Below the pieces are notes generated by a model. That model made no database searches. It was not told where the DNA came from and worked only from the letters and a program-made list of their open reading frames with translations. The translations under genes were made by a program, and so were the position numbers. A DNA stretch of 40,733 bases from IMG/VR virus record IMGVR_UViG_3300045988_138709, one strand, 5' to 3'. How positions within the stretch are numbered: the first letter of the stretch is position 1; each line of letters begins with the position of its first letter. The DNA comes from a virus. Taxonomy: Duplodnaviria > Heunggongvirae > Uroviricota > Caudoviricetes. Below are positions 27,517 through 38,734 of this stretch, piece after piece.

Positions 27517-29344
27517 ATTTGAGCTTAAGGCGTTGATCACCGGTGTCGACAGGCTTTCTCCCGCGCTGTCGAAAATGCAAAAGAAAATCCGGGGATTTAA
27601 ACGCCAGGCGGAAGAGGCGTCACAGGGTGGGCTGGCGCTTGGTGGCGGACTGGCAGCGGGGCTGACGCTTTCCCTGAAATCTTATGCCGATCAGGAAAAC
27701 GCCGCTACCGGGCTGAAAGTCGCCATGATGGATGCGAACGGCGAGGTTGGAAAGAGCTTTCAGGACATCAATAAACTGGCTATTGGCCTGGGTAACCAGC
27801 TACCCGGTACAACGGCTGATTTCCAGAACATGATGCAGATGCTGGTGCGTCAGGGGATCCCGGCAGAAAACATTCTGGGTGGTGTGGGTAAAGCGACAGC
27901 TTATCTTGCGGTACAACTGAAAAAAACACCGGAAGCGGCTGCCGAGTTTGCCGCAAAGATGCAGGATGCTACCGGAACGGCCTCAGAAGACATGATGGGG
28001 CTGTTCGACACAATTCAGAAGGCGTTTTATCTGGGCGTTGACGACACCAACATGCTGTCATTCTTCACTAAAACCAGCTCTGTTCTGAAGATGGTGAATA
28101 AGGACGGTCTTCAGGCTGCACAGAGTCTTGCCCCCATCAGTGTCATGATGGATCAGATGGGGATGAACGGGGAGTCGGCAGGTAATGCCCTGCGAAAAGT
28201 TATCCAGTCCGGATTAAGCGTTAAGAAAATCAGGGACGTCAATAAAATCATGGCCCGCCAGAAACTCGGGGTACAGCTCGATTTTACTGATGGCAAAGGG
28301 AGTTTTGGCGGTCTTGATAACATGTTCAGGCAACTGGCAAAGCTGCGAAAACTGACCGACGTTAAGCGAACCGGTGTACTTAAGGCAATATTTGGTGATG
28401 ATGCCGAAACCCTTCAGGTGGTCAATGCTCTGATCGATAAAGGAAAGGATGGTTACGATCAGATCCAGCAGAAGATGCATAAACAGGCCAGCCTGAATAA
28501 ACGTGTTCAGGCACAGCTTGGTACGCTGTCCAACCTGTGGGAGGCAATGACGGGGACCGCAACTAACGGTCTTGCAGCTATTGGCGGCGCATTTTCTGGT
28601 GACGCTAAAAATATCACGCAATGGCTGGGGGAGTTGGGGGAAAAATTCACGAAGTTTGCGGATGAAAATCCCCGGGTTATTCGCGGCGTCGTCGGGCTTG
28701 CTGCCGGTCTTGCGATTCTGAAACTGGGATTGATGGGCGTGGGCAGTGCCATCAGCATTGTCAGCAGGATCATGTCGATGACGCCGATTGGCATGATTGC
28801 GACGGCGATAGCCCTGGCTGCGGGATTAATTATCACTAACTGGGATGTTGTCGGACCTTATTTCAAGAAGCTCTGGGAAACCATTGGTCCTTATTTTGAG
28901 GCTGGCTGGGAACTCCTTAAGAAAGTTTTTGCCTGGTCGCCGCTGGGGATGGTGATCAATAACTGGGGGCCGGTTGTTAAGTGGTTTCAGGATATGTGGG
29001 ACAAGCTGAAGCCAATTATTGAGTGGTTTACCGACAGTTCCGGAGACACGGTCGATGCCATTAACTCTGCGCAGTGGGGCGCGGGTGCTTATGATGCTTA
29101 TGGGACGGGAATACCGGCACGGGGATACACACCTTATCCGGCGGTAGATCTGGCTCAGTCAAACAACGCCTCCGATGCCACAGGCCCGAATCCCTTCATG
29201 ATTAATAAAGCTACTGCGCCAAAAGTTGATGGTGAGATCAAGGTCTCTTTTGTGAATTCGCCTCCGGGTATGCGGGTTATGGAAACGCGATCCAGCGGTT
29301 TTGATGTCAGCCATGATGTTGGCTATACGCGCTTTGGCAGGTAA
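27509..29344 (+). CDS. Tail tape measure protein
   Basis: 611 aa; Ala/Gly-rich helical protein with C-terminal hydrophobic segments; position after the chaperone. Confidence 0.9.
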   Translation: MAEFELKALITGVDRLSPALSKMQKKIRGFKRQAEEASQGGLALGGGLAAGLTLSLKSYADQENAATGLKVAMMDANGEVGKSFQDINKLAIGLGNQLPGTTADFQNMMQMLVRQGIPAENILGGVGKATAYLAVQLKKTPEAAAEFAAKMQDATGTASEDMMGLFDTIQKAFYLGVDDTNMLSFFTKTSSVLKMVNKDGLQAAQSLAPISVMMDQMGMNGESAGNALRKVIQSGLSVKKIRDVNKIMARQKLGVQLDFTDGKGSFGGLDNMFRQLAKLRKLTDVKRTGVLKAIFGDDAETLQVVNALIDKGKDGYDQIQQKMHKQASLNKRVQAQLGTLSNLWEAMTGTATNGLAAIGGAFSGDAKNITQWLGELGEKFTKFADENPRVIRGVVGLAAGLAILKLGLMGVGSAISIVSRIMSMTPIGMIATAIALAAGLIITNWDVVGPYFKKLWETIGPYFEAGWELLKKVFAWSPLGMVINNWGPVVKWFQDMWDKLKPIIEWFTDSSGDTVDAINSAQWGAGAYDAYGTGIPARGYTPYPAVDLAQSNNASDATGPNPFMINKATAPKVDGEIKVSFVNSPPGMRVMETRSSGFDVSHDVGYTRFGR

Positions 29345-29368
29345 TGAAAAATTAATCTGTTAATGAGT

Positions 29369-29390
29369 CCCACTCCGGTGGGATTTTTTA
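29369..29390 (+). terminator. Weak hairpin plus T-run after tape measure gene (possible attenuator)
   Basis: CCCAC-TCCG-GTGGG followed by ATTTTTTAT. Confidence 0.35.
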
Positions 29391-29404
29391 TGTACGGAGT
29401 TTAT

Positions 29405-30733
29405 ATGACGTGGAAAGACAGACTTCAGGACGCGTCATTTCGCGGTGTGCCGTTTAAGGTTGAAGAAGAAAGTGCGGGAACCGGTCGTCGTGTGGAAACG
29501 CACGAATACCCGAACCGCGACAAACCCTATACTGAAGACCTGGGGAAAATCACTTTCCGCCCGTCCATCACGGCTTATGTGGTGGGAGATGACTGCTTTG
29601 ACCAGCGCGATCGCCTGATTGACGCGCTGAATAAACCCGGTCCCGGCACGCTTGTCCATCCGACTTACGGTGAGCTGAAAGTCTGTGTTGACGGAGAGGT
29701 TCGGGTCAGCACATCGAAGAGTGAAGGGCGTATTGTCCGCTTTGACCTGAAGTTTGTCGAAGCGGGAGAGCTCTCTTACCCCACATCAGGTGCGGCGACG
29801 GCGCAGACGCTGATGTCATCCTGTTCTGCACTGGATGACTGCATCAGTGACAGCTTCAGCGGTTTCAGTATCGATGGCGTGGCGGATTTTGTGCAGAACG
29901 ACGTCGTCGGTAATGCCAGCACAATGCTTGGGTATGTTTCTGATGCGATGAAAGTGGTGGATTCTGCCGTATCGGATGCTGCCAGGCTGTTGCAGGGGGA
30001 TATCTCGGTACTTCTGCCGCCACCATCGTCAGGCAAAAATTTCGTTGAGCAGGTGCAGAAAATGTGGCGTACCGGGAAACGCCTTTATGGTAACGCCAGC
30101 GACCTGGTCACCATGATCAAAACGCTTTCCGGTGTCAGCCTCGGCAGCGATCTGCAACCGCGCGGCGTCTGGAAAACGGACAGTAAAACCACCGCCACGG
30201 CGACGCATCAGCGTAACGAGGTTGCCAGTACCCTTCGTACGACCGCAATCAGCGAAGCGGCGTATGCCGTCACCCGATTGCCTGCGCCAACAACTTCCGC
30301 GGTGATGCAGAATGCCGCAGTGGGGCAGTCAACAACACCTGCGCAGAGCGCTGGCTGGCCTTCCGTCACGCATCCGGCACTGAACAATGCACCGGCGGTG
30401 AAAAACACGGTTGACCTGCCAACGTGGGAAGAACTGACTGACATTCGCGACACACTGAATACGGCAATTGATAAGGAGTTGTCCCGTACAACCAGTGATG
30501 CGCTGTTTCTGGCACTGCGCCGGGTGAAAGCAGATCTGAATGCGGATATCAACACGCGCCTTGAACAGTCTGCACGGATCATTCAGCGCACACCGGATGA
30601 GGTTTTACCCGCGCTGGTGCTGGCGGCGACCTGGTTTGATAACGCGGCGCGTGATGCGGACATTATCCGGCGTAATGCCATTACGCATCCCGGCTTTGTG
30701 CCGGTGATCCCTCTGAAGGTGCCAGTGCAATGA
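29405..30733 (+). CDS. Mu gpN-like tail protein (DNA circulation protein family)
   Basis: Start at ATG with GGAG RBS (MTWKDRLQDASFRGVPF...), N-terminus typical of Mu N-like proteins (recall). Confidence 0.75.
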   Translation: MTWKDRLQDASFRGVPFKVEEESAGTGRRVETHEYPNRDKPYTEDLGKITFRPSITAYVVGDDCFDQRDRLIDALNKPGPGTLVHPTYGELKVCVDGEVRVSTSKSEGRIVRFDLKFVEAGELSYPTSGAATAQTLMSSCSALDDCISDSFSGFSIDGVADFVQNDVVGNASTMLGYVSDAMKVVDSAVSDAARLLQGDISVLLPPPSSGKNFVEQVQKMWRTGKRLYGNASDLVTMIKTLSGVSLGSDLQPRGVWKTDSKTTATATHQRNEVASTLRTTAISEAAYAVTRLPAPTTSAVMQNAAVGQSTTPAQSAGWPSVTHPALNNAPAVKNTVDLPTWEELTDIRDTLNTAIDKELSRTTSDALFLALRRVKADLNADINTRLEQSARIIQRTPDEVLPALVLAATWFDNAARDADIIRRNAITHPGFVPVIPLKVPVQ

Positions 30734-31809
30734 ACGACAATGTCACGCTACGGGTAAATGGCCGGGAGTGGAATGGCTGGACATCGGTGCGCATCGGTGC
30801 CGGTGTTGAACGACTGGCGCGGGATTTCAGTGTGGAGATCACCCGCCAGTGGCCGGGTGATGAGGGTATCACCACGCTTCAGCCGCGCATTAAAAACGGT
30901 TCAAAAGTGGAGGTGCTGATTGGTGATGAGCTGGTGATCACCGGCTGGGTGGAGGCGACGCCCGTTCGTTACGATGCCCGTTCGGTCAGCACCGGTATTG
31001 CCGGACGCAGTCTGACCGCTGACCTGATTGATTGTGCAGCTGAACCGACACAGTTTAACGGACGATCACTGGTACAGATTGCGCAGGCGCTTGCTGCGCC
31101 CTTCGGCATTGAGGTGGTGAACAGCGGTGCGCCGTCGGGTGTTATTCCTGATGTCCAGCCTGATCACGGTGAAACGGTGATCGAGGTGATTAACAAAATA
31201 CTCGGTCAGCAGCAGGCGCTGGCTTATGACGACCCGCACGGCAGGCTGGTGATTGGCGGTATTGGCTCAACGCGGGCACATACCGCGTTGGTACTCGGGG
31301 AAAACATCCTTTCCTGCGATACGGAGAAGAGTATCCGGGAGCGGTTTTCTGTTTACCAGGTGGCGGGGCAGCGTGCCGGAAACGACGATGATTTCGGTGA
31401 GGCCACCACAACTGCGCTGCGGGCCCGCACAGAGGACGCATTTATTGCCCGTTACCGTCCGATGTATATCAGGCAGACAGGGCAGGCTACGGGGGCTGGC
31501 TGTATTGCGCGTGCTGACTTTGAAGCCCGACAACGGGCGGCGCGGACGGATGAAACCACCTATGTGGTGCAGGGCTGGCGACAGGGTAACGGTACGCTGT
31601 GGCAGCCCAACCAGCGGGTGATTGTCTTCGATCCGGTCTGTGGTTTCGACAATACCGAACTGCTTGTCTCGGAAGTCACGTTTACTCAGGACCAGAATGG
31701 CACCCTGACGGAAATCCGTGTCGGCCCACCTGATGCTTATCTGCCTGAACCCGAAGCCCCCGGCGCGCGGAAAAAGAAAAAAGCCAGAGTACAGGAGGAC
31801 CCGTTCTGA
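30730..31809 (+). CDS. Mu gpP-like tail/baseplate hub protein
   Basis: 359 aa; ATGA-coupled; synteny with Mu N-P-Q-V-W-J order. Confidence 0.75.
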   Translation: MNDNVTLRVNGREWNGWTSVRIGAGVERLARDFSVEITRQWPGDEGITTLQPRIKNGSKVEVLIGDELVITGWVEATPVRYDARSVSTGIAGRSLTADLIDCAAEPTQFNGRSLVQIAQALAAPFGIEVVNSGAPSGVIPDVQPDHGETVIEVINKILGQQQALAYDDPHGRLVIGGIGSTRAHTALVLGENILSCDTEKSIRERFSVYQVAGQRAGNDDDFGEATTTALRARTEDAFIARYRPMYIRQTGQATGAGCIARADFEARQRAARTDETTYVVQGWRQGNGTLWQPNQRVIVFDPVCGFDNTELLVSEVTFTQDQNGTLTEIRVGPPDAYLPEPEAPGARKKKKARVQEDPF

Positions 31810-32357
31810 TGAAGGCGATTGAAGCCATGCAGCGACAACTCCTCGGCCTGATTGGGCGGGCGGTGGTGAAAAGCATCAGTGCCGCCACGAAATGTCAGAC
31901 CGTGGATGTGTCCCTGATTGCCGGTGAACCCAAAGACGGGGTTGAACATCTTGAACCCTACGGTTTTACCGCAAGGGCAAACAGCGGTGCGGAAGCGGTG
32001 GTGTTGTTTCCGGATGGTGACCGTTCTCATGCGGTGGTTGTTACGGTGTCGGACCGGCGCTACCGCCTGAAAGGGCTGCAGACGGGTGAGGTGGCTGTCT
32101 ATGACGATCAGGGGCAGTCCGTGACGCTGACCCGGGAGGGGATCGTGGTGGACGGTGCAGGTAAAACGATCACGTTTCGCAATTCACCTAAAGCACGTTT
32201 TGAAATGGACCTGGAAGTGACAGGACAGGTGAAAGACCTGTGCGACTCCAGCGGCACCACCATGTCAGCGATGCGGCTTGCCTATAACGGGCATCGTCAC
32301 AGAGAGAACGGTCAGGGCAGTAACACCGACAAACCTGATAAATCGATGGAGGCATGA
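31809..32357 (+). CDS. Baseplate assembly protein V / spike (gp45-like)
   Basis: 182 aa; synteny; family from recall. Confidence 0.7.
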   Translation: MKAIEAMQRQLLGLIGRAVVKSISAATKCQTVDVSLIAGEPKDGVEHLEPYGFTARANSGAEAVVLFPDGDRSHAVVVTVSDRRYRLKGLQTGEVAVYDDQGQSVTLTREGIVVDGAGKTITFRNSPKARFEMDLEVTGQVKDLCDSSGTTMSAMRLAYNGHRHRENGQGSNTDKPDKSMEA

Positions 32358-32782
32358 TGGAACTGTGGCTGACGGTGAACGGTAAACGCACCTGCGCCAG
32401 CGCACCGCTGGATCCGCTGACCCGCGCCGTGGTGATTTCCCTGTTTACCTGGCGGCGGGCGGAGCCTGATGACAACGCCGACGTCCCGATGGGATGGTGG
32501 GGGGATACCTGGCCTGCGGTACAGAATGACCGTTACGGCTCCCGACTGTGGCTGCTTCAGCGCAGCAAACTGACCAATCAGCTGGTGCTGACGGTAAGGG
32601 GGTATATCCGCGAATGCCTGCAATGGATGATTGATGACGGCGTGGTGTCCCGTATTGATCTGGATATCCACCGCACCGGGATTAATGAACTGGGTAACAG
32701 TATCACTCTCTGGCGTCGTGACGGACCGGTAATGATTTCTTTTGATGATCTGTGGAGTGCGATAACGCATGGCGGACAGTGA
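32354..32782 (+). CDS. Baseplate protein (Mu gp46-like)
   Basis: 142 aa; ATGA-coupled; synteny. Confidence 0.65.
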   Translation: MMELWLTVNGKRTCASAPLDPLTRAVVISLFTWRRAEPDDNADVPMGWWGDTWPAVQNDRYGSRLWLLQRSKLTNQLVLTVRGYIRECLQWMIDDGVVSRIDLDIHRTGINELGNSITLWRRDGPVMISFDDLWSAITHGGQ

Positions 32783-33827
32783 ATTTCAGCGCCCGACGCT
32801 GGCAGAAAATATCAGTATGCTCCGTAACGATTTATTCGCCAGGCTGGACGTCAGCGACACGCTCCGGCGCATGGATGAAGACGTGCGGGCAAAGGTGTAT
32901 GCGGCGGCGCTGCATACGGTTTACGGGTACATCGATTATCTGGCAATGAACATGCTGCCTGACCTGTGCGATGAGTCCTGGCTGGCGCGACATGCTGCGA
33001 TGAAACGGTGTCCGCGCAAGGGGGCCACGGCTGCCAGCGGGTATATGCGCTGGGAAGGTGTCAGCGATGGCCTGAAGGTGACCGCCGGGAGTGTTATTCA
33101 GCGCGATGACCTGGTTCAGTACACGGCAACTGCCGATGAAACCAGCTCCGGTGGTGTCCTGCGCGTGCCGATCGCCTGCTCAAGTGCAGGCGCGGTCGGT
33201 AACGCTGACGACGGTACGTCATTAATCCTGGTCACGCCGGTTAATGGTCTGCCGTCTTCCGGCGTGGCAGATACCCTGACAGGTGGATTTGATACTGAAG
33301 AGCTGGAAACGTGGCGTGCCCGCGTCATTGAGCGGTATTACTGGACGCCTCAGGGCGGGGCTGACGGGGACTATGTCGTCTGGGCTAAAGAAGTGCCCGG
33401 CATTACCCGCGCATGGACATACCGTCACTGGATGGGAACGGGAACTGTCGGTGTGATGATTGCCAGCAGTGACCTGATTAATCCCATTCCGGAAGAATCA
33501 ACGGAAACGGCAGCAAGACAACATATCGGGCCACTGGCCCCGGTGGCAGGCTCTGATTTGTATGTATTCAGGCCGGTGGCACATACGGTGGATTTTCATA
33601 TCCGCGTGACGCCGGACACACCGGAAATACGGGCTGCCATTACCGCGGAGTTGCGTTCGTTCCTGCTGCGTGATGGTTATCCGCAGGGAGAACTGAAGGT
33701 ATCGCGTATCAGTGAGGCGATTTCCGGTGCGAACGGGGAATACAGCCATCAGTTGCTTGCACCGGTGGACAATATCTCCATTGCGAAAAACGAACTGGCG
33801 GTACTGGGGACGATTTCATGGACGTGA
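32769..33827 (+). CDS. Baseplate J-like protein (gp47-like)
   Basis: 352 aa; size and position; family from recall. Confidence 0.8.
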   Translation: MADSEFQRPTLAENISMLRNDLFARLDVSDTLRRMDEDVRAKVYAAALHTVYGYIDYLAMNMLPDLCDESWLARHAAMKRCPRKGATAASGYMRWEGVSDGLKVTAGSVIQRDDLVQYTATADETSSGGVLRVPIACSSAGAVGNADDGTSLILVTPVNGLPSSGVADTLTGGFDTEELETWRARVIERYYWTPQGGADGDYVVWAKEVPGITRAWTYRHWMGTGTVGVMIASSDLINPIPEESTETAARQHIGPLAPVAGSDLYVFRPVAHTVDFHIRVTPDTPEIRAAITAELRSFLLRDGYPQGELKVSRISEAISGANGEYSHQLLAPVDNISIAKNELAVLGTISWT

Positions 33828-34402
33828 CAAACGATGATTACATCCGCCTGTTATCGGCACTGTTGCCGCCCGGTCCGGCGTGGTCAGCCAGCGATCCGGC
33901 GATTGCCGGTGCGGCACCGTCATTAACCCGTGTTCATCAGCGTGCGGATGCCCTGATGCGGGAGCTGGATCCGCGCACCACCACTGAACTGATAAACCGC
34001 TGGGAGCGTCTGTGCGGTCTGCCGGATGAATGTATTCCGGCGGGAACGCAGACCCTTCGCCAGCGTCAGCAACGGCTGGATGCGAAGGTTAACCTGGCGG
34101 GCGGCATCAACGAGGATTTTTATCTTGCACAGCTTGCTGCCCTGGGCAGACCAGATGCCACCATCACGCGATACGACAAAAGCACGTTCACCTGCTCATC
34201 GGCCTGTACTGACGCGGTGAATGCGCCGGAATGGCGGTATTACTGGCAGGTCAACATGCCAACCACCACCAACACCACCTGGATGACATGTGGCGATCCC
34301 TGTGATTCCGCACTGCGTATCTGGGGTGACACCGTTGTCGAGTGTGTGCTTAACAAACTCTGCCCGTCGCATACCTACGTAATTTTTAAATATCCGGAGT
34401 AA
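33818..34402 (+). CDS. Tail protein, DUF2313 / YmfQ-like (gp48-like)
   Basis: 194 aa; Cys-rich C-terminus; resembles e14 YmfQ (recall); precedes the tail fibre. Confidence 0.7.
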   Translation: MDVTNDDYIRLLSALLPPGPAWSASDPAIAGAAPSLTRVHQRADALMRELDPRTTTELINRWERLCGLPDECIPAGTQTLRQRQQRLDAKVNLAGGINEDFYLAQLAALGRPDATITRYDKSTFTCSSACTDAVNAPEWRYYWQVNMPTTTNTTWMTCGDPCDSALRIWGDTVVECVLNKLCPSHTYVIFKYPE

Positions 34403-34405
34403 TCC

Positions 34406-35149
34406 ATGCATCGTATAGACACGAAAACCGCGCAGAAGGATAAGTTCGGCGCGGGTAAGAACGGTTTTACCCGTGGTAACCCCCAGACTGGCACGCCTGC
34501 CACCGATCTGGATGATGACTACTTTGATATGTTGCAGGAAGAACTCTGCAGCGTGGTGGAGGCATCCGGTGCCAGCCTGGAGAAGGCGCGGCACGACCAG
34601 TTGCTTACCGCGCTTCGTGCGCTGCTGTTAAGCCGCAAGAATCCGTTTGGCGATATCAAATCGGATGGCACGGTGAAAACAGCTCTCGAAAACCTTGGTT
34701 TGGGAGAAGCGGCAAAACGGAATGTGGGCAACGGGGAAAACCAAATCCCTGATATGTCTTTCTGGACGGTTACTGGTGGCAATGGAAATTTTGTGATTCG
34801 TCAACCTGACGGGCTAATCACTCAGATGGTTACTGTAAGTATAAGCGGTCCAGTGGCGATGAATGGAATGACTGATAATGCTTATGCCATTACAGGTTCT
34901 AATAAGTCTTATATTGCCACAGCCACATTGCCCTTTGTATTTCCTAATAAGGTACTGGGCGTTATCCCTCTGGTATCAACAACAGCCTATGGTGGTGTAT
35001 CCAGTAATATTACAGGTTCATACGCGACGGCGGTTTGTTCTTTTGCCGCTGTCCGGGGGAATAATACGATTGTATTCAAAGTCGACAAACCACTGAATGC
35101 AGCCTTTCCTTCAGATACCAGCGTCTCAGCGTTAATCATTGGACGGTAA
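34406..35149 (+). CDS. Tail fibre protein: constant N-terminus (about 34406-34695) fused to the currently expressed variable C-terminus
   Basis: 247 aa; GGAG RBS; the left crossover site lies inside the gene at codons encoding ...ENLGLGE.... Confidence 0.8.
   Translation: MHRIDTKTAQKDKFGAGKNGFTRGNPQTGTPATDLDDDYFDMLQEELCSVVEASGASLEKARHDQLLTALRALLLSRKNPFGDIKSDGTVKTALENLGLGEAAKRNVGNGENQIPDMSFWTVTGGNGNFVIRQPDGLITQMVTVSISGPVAMNGMTDNAYAITGSNKSYIATATLPFVFPNKVLGVIPLVSTTAYGGVSSNITGSYATAVCSFAAVRGNNTIVFKVDKPLNAAFPSDTSVSALIIGR
34683..34708. repeat. Left crossover site of the invertible segment (Gin/Hin/Pin-type, 26 bp)
   Basis: CTCTCGAAAACCTTGGTTTGGGAGAA; about 20/26 identity to the reverse complement of the right site, including the identical 13-bp arm TGGTTTGGGAGAA. 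Confidence 0.65.
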
Positions 35150-35151
35150 TA

Positions 35152-35595
35152 ATGAACTCAGTATTCTTTTCACCCGGAAGTAAAAGTTTTTATCTACAAG
35201 AATTGTTTCCAGAATATGAGGATGCGGGAACGCTTCCAGATGATGTTATTGAAATTACCCGAGAAACATATGAGCAATTTCTTGGGCTGCATCCAGAAGG
35301 GAAAGAAATTGGCGCTGACAGTTCAGGACGGCCAATATGGATTAATTCCCCACCGCCTTCAAAAGAGGATGAGGTGTTGATGGCTGAAATGAAAAAAATA
35401 TCTTTGGTTTCAGAAGCCAATACCTACATCAATACCCATCAGTGGCCTGGCAAAGCTGCTATTGGTCGTCTGAAAGGTAACGAGCTGGAGCAATATAATT
35501 TATGGCTGGATTATCTGGACGCACTGGAACTGGTTGATCCCTCCAGTGCTCCAGATATTGAATGGCCTACGCCTCCGGCAGTTCAGGCCAGATGA
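35152..35595 (+). CDS. Tail fibre assembly protein (expressed orientation)
   Basis: 147 aa; conserved C-terminal ...LDYLDALELVDPSSAPDIEWPTPP... also present in the opposite-strand paralogue. Confidence 0.8.
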   Translation: MNSVFFSPGSKSFYLQELFPEYEDAGTLPDDVIEITRETYEQFLGLHPEGKEIGADSSGRPIWINSPPPSKEDEVLMAEMKKISLVSEANTYINTHQWPGKAAIGRLKGNELEQYNLWLDYLDALELVDPSSAPDIEWPTPPAVQAR

Positions 35596-36169
35596 CATTC
35601 GGCGCGGTGCTGGTATCTGTTGCCGTCACCGCGTCAATGTAATCCAGCACAGCGTTAAGCTGGGTTGTTTCTGCCTGCGTCAGTTTCCGTCCGGCCTGTA
35701 ATTTCAGCTGAATCAGACTGATGGAAGCCATTGCAGCATCAATCAGTGACTGGCGCTGTGCTTCTGCCGCGTCTACTGCGGCGCTATGCTGTGCCTCAGT
35801 ATCGGTTACCCATTTCTCACCATCCCATTTATCGTATGGAGATAAAGGGGCGATAGTGGTTGTATTTTCAGGGTAATCACCCGGAGCTTTGATTTCTTTT
35901 GATTCTCCTGTTTCTGTGCTAAAGACGATTTCACCACGATGGTCTGGCACATATTCCCATGAGTTAAAATCTGCAGAACGGCAAATTGCATACCCAGTTT
36001 TGTATGAGCCAGGAGCATCTAAACAGGAACATGCCGGAATGCCGACACCCACAGCAAGATATTCAGTTGATGTGAAAATATATTCCCGTGTTTCACCATC
36101 ATAGTTATAAACCGTAATATTTCCTGCCTGGGTGGCGATAAATTCGTTATTTAATACAGCGTAATCCAT
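35567..36169 (-). CDS. Alternative tail fibre assembly protein (silent orientation)
   Basis: 200 aa; C-terminal ...LDYIDAVTATDTSTAPNVIWPELP... paralogous to the + strand chaperone. Confidence 0.75.
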   Translation of the reverse strand: MDYAVLNNEFIATQAGNITVYNYDGETREYIFTSTEYLAVGVGIPACSCLDAPGSYKTGYAICRSADFNSWEYVPDHRGEIVFSTETGESKEIKAPGDYPENTTTIAPLSPYDKWDGEKWVTDTEAQHSAAVDAAEAQRQSLIDAAMASISLIQLKLQAGRKLTQAETTQLNAVLDYIDAVTATDTSTAPNVIWPELPEA

Positions 36170-36670
36170 TATGCAGCCCTCATGATATACGCAAATGCCA
36201 GGTTCCGTGGTCTGGTTTCTTTAATTAAAGAGGAGGCATCAGGTGAACTCACTGATTCAGCACCATTTCTTCCACCAGTGGTATAAGTAAAAACTCTTTC
36301 ACTGTTAGACCAGTAATCCACACCAACTGTTTTTGCTGATGAAAAAATGGTTTCATCAGATATAACCTGTTCTATTCCATACGGGATATTAGTAACTGAC
36401 CCCACTTTTGTAGGTATTCCATGATTATGAGAAATTACTGCATGCTCTTGATTCGTTAATAAAGTACGACCGCTATCCACTCCACGCCCGTCATCCCAGC
36501 CACGAATAAACTCACCACGTAAATCAGGCAATTTATTTGTCGGATAAGCCTTTGCCAGTTCCGGGTATTCTTCAGCAGAAAAAGCGGCACCGTTGCATTT
36601 CAGCCAGCCTGTTGGCGGAGTGGCGGAAGGCCACGGAACAGGCACGCCAACGGGTAATGCCGAACCTTCT
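36169..36670 (-). CDS. Alternative tail fibre variable C-terminal segment (promoterless; expressed only after inversion)
   Basis: Reading frame passes in-frame through the right crossover site (...INVGLGEGS...), matching ...ENLGLGE... at the left site; ORF 36169..36720 trimmed to the site. Confidence 0.65.
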
Positions 36671-36692
36671 CCCAAACCAACGTTTATGAAAA
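36667..36692. repeat. Right crossover site of the invertible segment
   Basis: TTCTCCCAAACCAACGTTTATGAAAA, in inverted orientation relative to the left site, about 55 bp upstream of the invertase start. Confidence 0.65.
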
Positions 36693-36746
36693 TGCAGAAA
36701 TAACGAGCAAATGGCATCATTCCTGCTTTTGTCAGGGAGATCCACC

Positions 36747-37301
36747 ATGCTTATTGGCTATGTACGCGTATCAACAAATGACCAGAACACCGATCTACAA
36801 CGTAATGCGTTGAACTGTGTAGGATGTGGGCTGATTTTTGAAGACAAGATAAGCGGTACGAAGTCCGAAAGGCCCGGACTGAAAAAACTGCTCAGGACAT
36901 TATCGGCAGGTGACACTCTGGTTGTCTGGAAGCTGGACAGGTTAGGGCGCAGTATGCGGCATCTTGTTACGCTGATAGAAGAGTTGCGCCAGCGTGGCGT
37001 GAATTTCCGAAGCCTGACTGACAGTATTGATACCAGTACCCCAATGGGCCGTTTCTTTTTTCATGTCATGGGTGCCCTAGCTGAAATGGAACGAGAACTG
37101 ATTGTTGAACGAACAAAAGCTGGACTGGAAGCTGCTCGCGCACAGGGACGAATTGGTGGACGTCGTCCCAAACTTACACCAGAACAATGGGCGCAGGCCG
37201 GGCGATTAATTGCATCAGGCGTTCCTCGCCAGAAGGTGGCGATCATCTATGATGTTGGTATATCGACACTGTATAAGAAGTTTCCGGTCGGAGATAAATG
37301 A
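36747..37301 (+). CDS. pin: Site-specific DNA invertase (serine recombinase, Pin/Gin/Hin family)
   Basis: Start MLIGYVRVSTNDQ (catalytic Ser in the canonical N-terminal motif), GGGAGA RBS; C-terminal HTH; adjacent to the crossover site. Confidence 0.9.
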   Translation: MLIGYVRVSTNDQNTDLQRNALNCVGCGLIFEDKISGTKSERPGLKKLLRTLSAGDTLVVWKLDRLGRSMRHLVTLIEELRQRGVNFRSLTDSIDTSTPMGRFFFHVMGALAEMERELIVERTKAGLEAARAQGRIGGRRPKLTPEQWAQAGRLIASGVPRQKVAIIYDVGISTLYKKFPVGDK

Positions 37302-37303
37302 AA

Positions 37304-37339
37304 CCGTAGCACGTCGTATGCAAGAAGATCGTGCTGCGG
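37304..37339. repeat. Hairpin-forming repeat, copy 1 (10-bp stem, 16-nt loop)
   Basis: CCGTAGCACG-TCGTATGCAAGAAGATC-CGTGCTGCGG directly after the pin stop; near-identical second copy at 38317-38350. Confidence 0.6.
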
Positions 37340-37361
37340 TTTATGCTTATCACTTAAAGAC

Positions 37362-38231
<870 letters not shown>

Positions 38232-38316
38232 CTAACCCTTTGAATTTACATAGCGCAAAAAGATACCTTTCCTCATAATGTGAGCTAATTTTATGTTTCG
38301 TTTGATGATCGGGTCG

Positions 38317-38350
38317 GTCTCGAAACCCGTAGCCACGTCGTATGCAAGAA
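38317..38350. repeat. Hairpin-forming repeat, copy 2
   Basis: CCGTAGCCACG-TCGTATGCAAGAA-CGTGCTACGG; same orientation as copy 1, so the two bracket the GIY-YIG gene. Confidence 0.6.
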
Positions 38351-38734
38351 CGTGCTACGGCTGGCTGGTGAACTTCCGATAGTGCGAGTATTGAATGATT
38401 TCCAACTGTTATCGATTTTGCGTATTTTTTGCATGAGAGGATTTTTACCTCCTCCCACCGATCCTCCATGGCTTTACGCCAGTGTCTCTGGTCTGCTATG
38501 TGCCAAGAGCGGACGTTAGAAGTAAAAAAGCATCTTTACAAGCGGGTTGTTGGGGAGAGTTTTGTTGCGTTCGCCACAACTCTTGAGAATGCTGCTATTT
38601 ATTATGGTAGTATTGACAGCTAAAATTTATAATGATTAGCGACTCAATAGCCAGTTCAAGCCAGATTTTGATGGGACACTAATGAAATCCTCCCGCACTA
38701 TTGCGGTATATTCATACCCACTCGAGCATCTTTA

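Larger units (their letters stand above)
34683..36692. mobile_element. Invertible tail-fibre segment (~2 kb; Mu G / e14 P-like host-range switch)
   Basis: Inverted 26-bp sites flank two convergent sets of fibre C-terminus plus assembly chaperone, with an invertase gene immediately outside. Confidence 0.7.
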
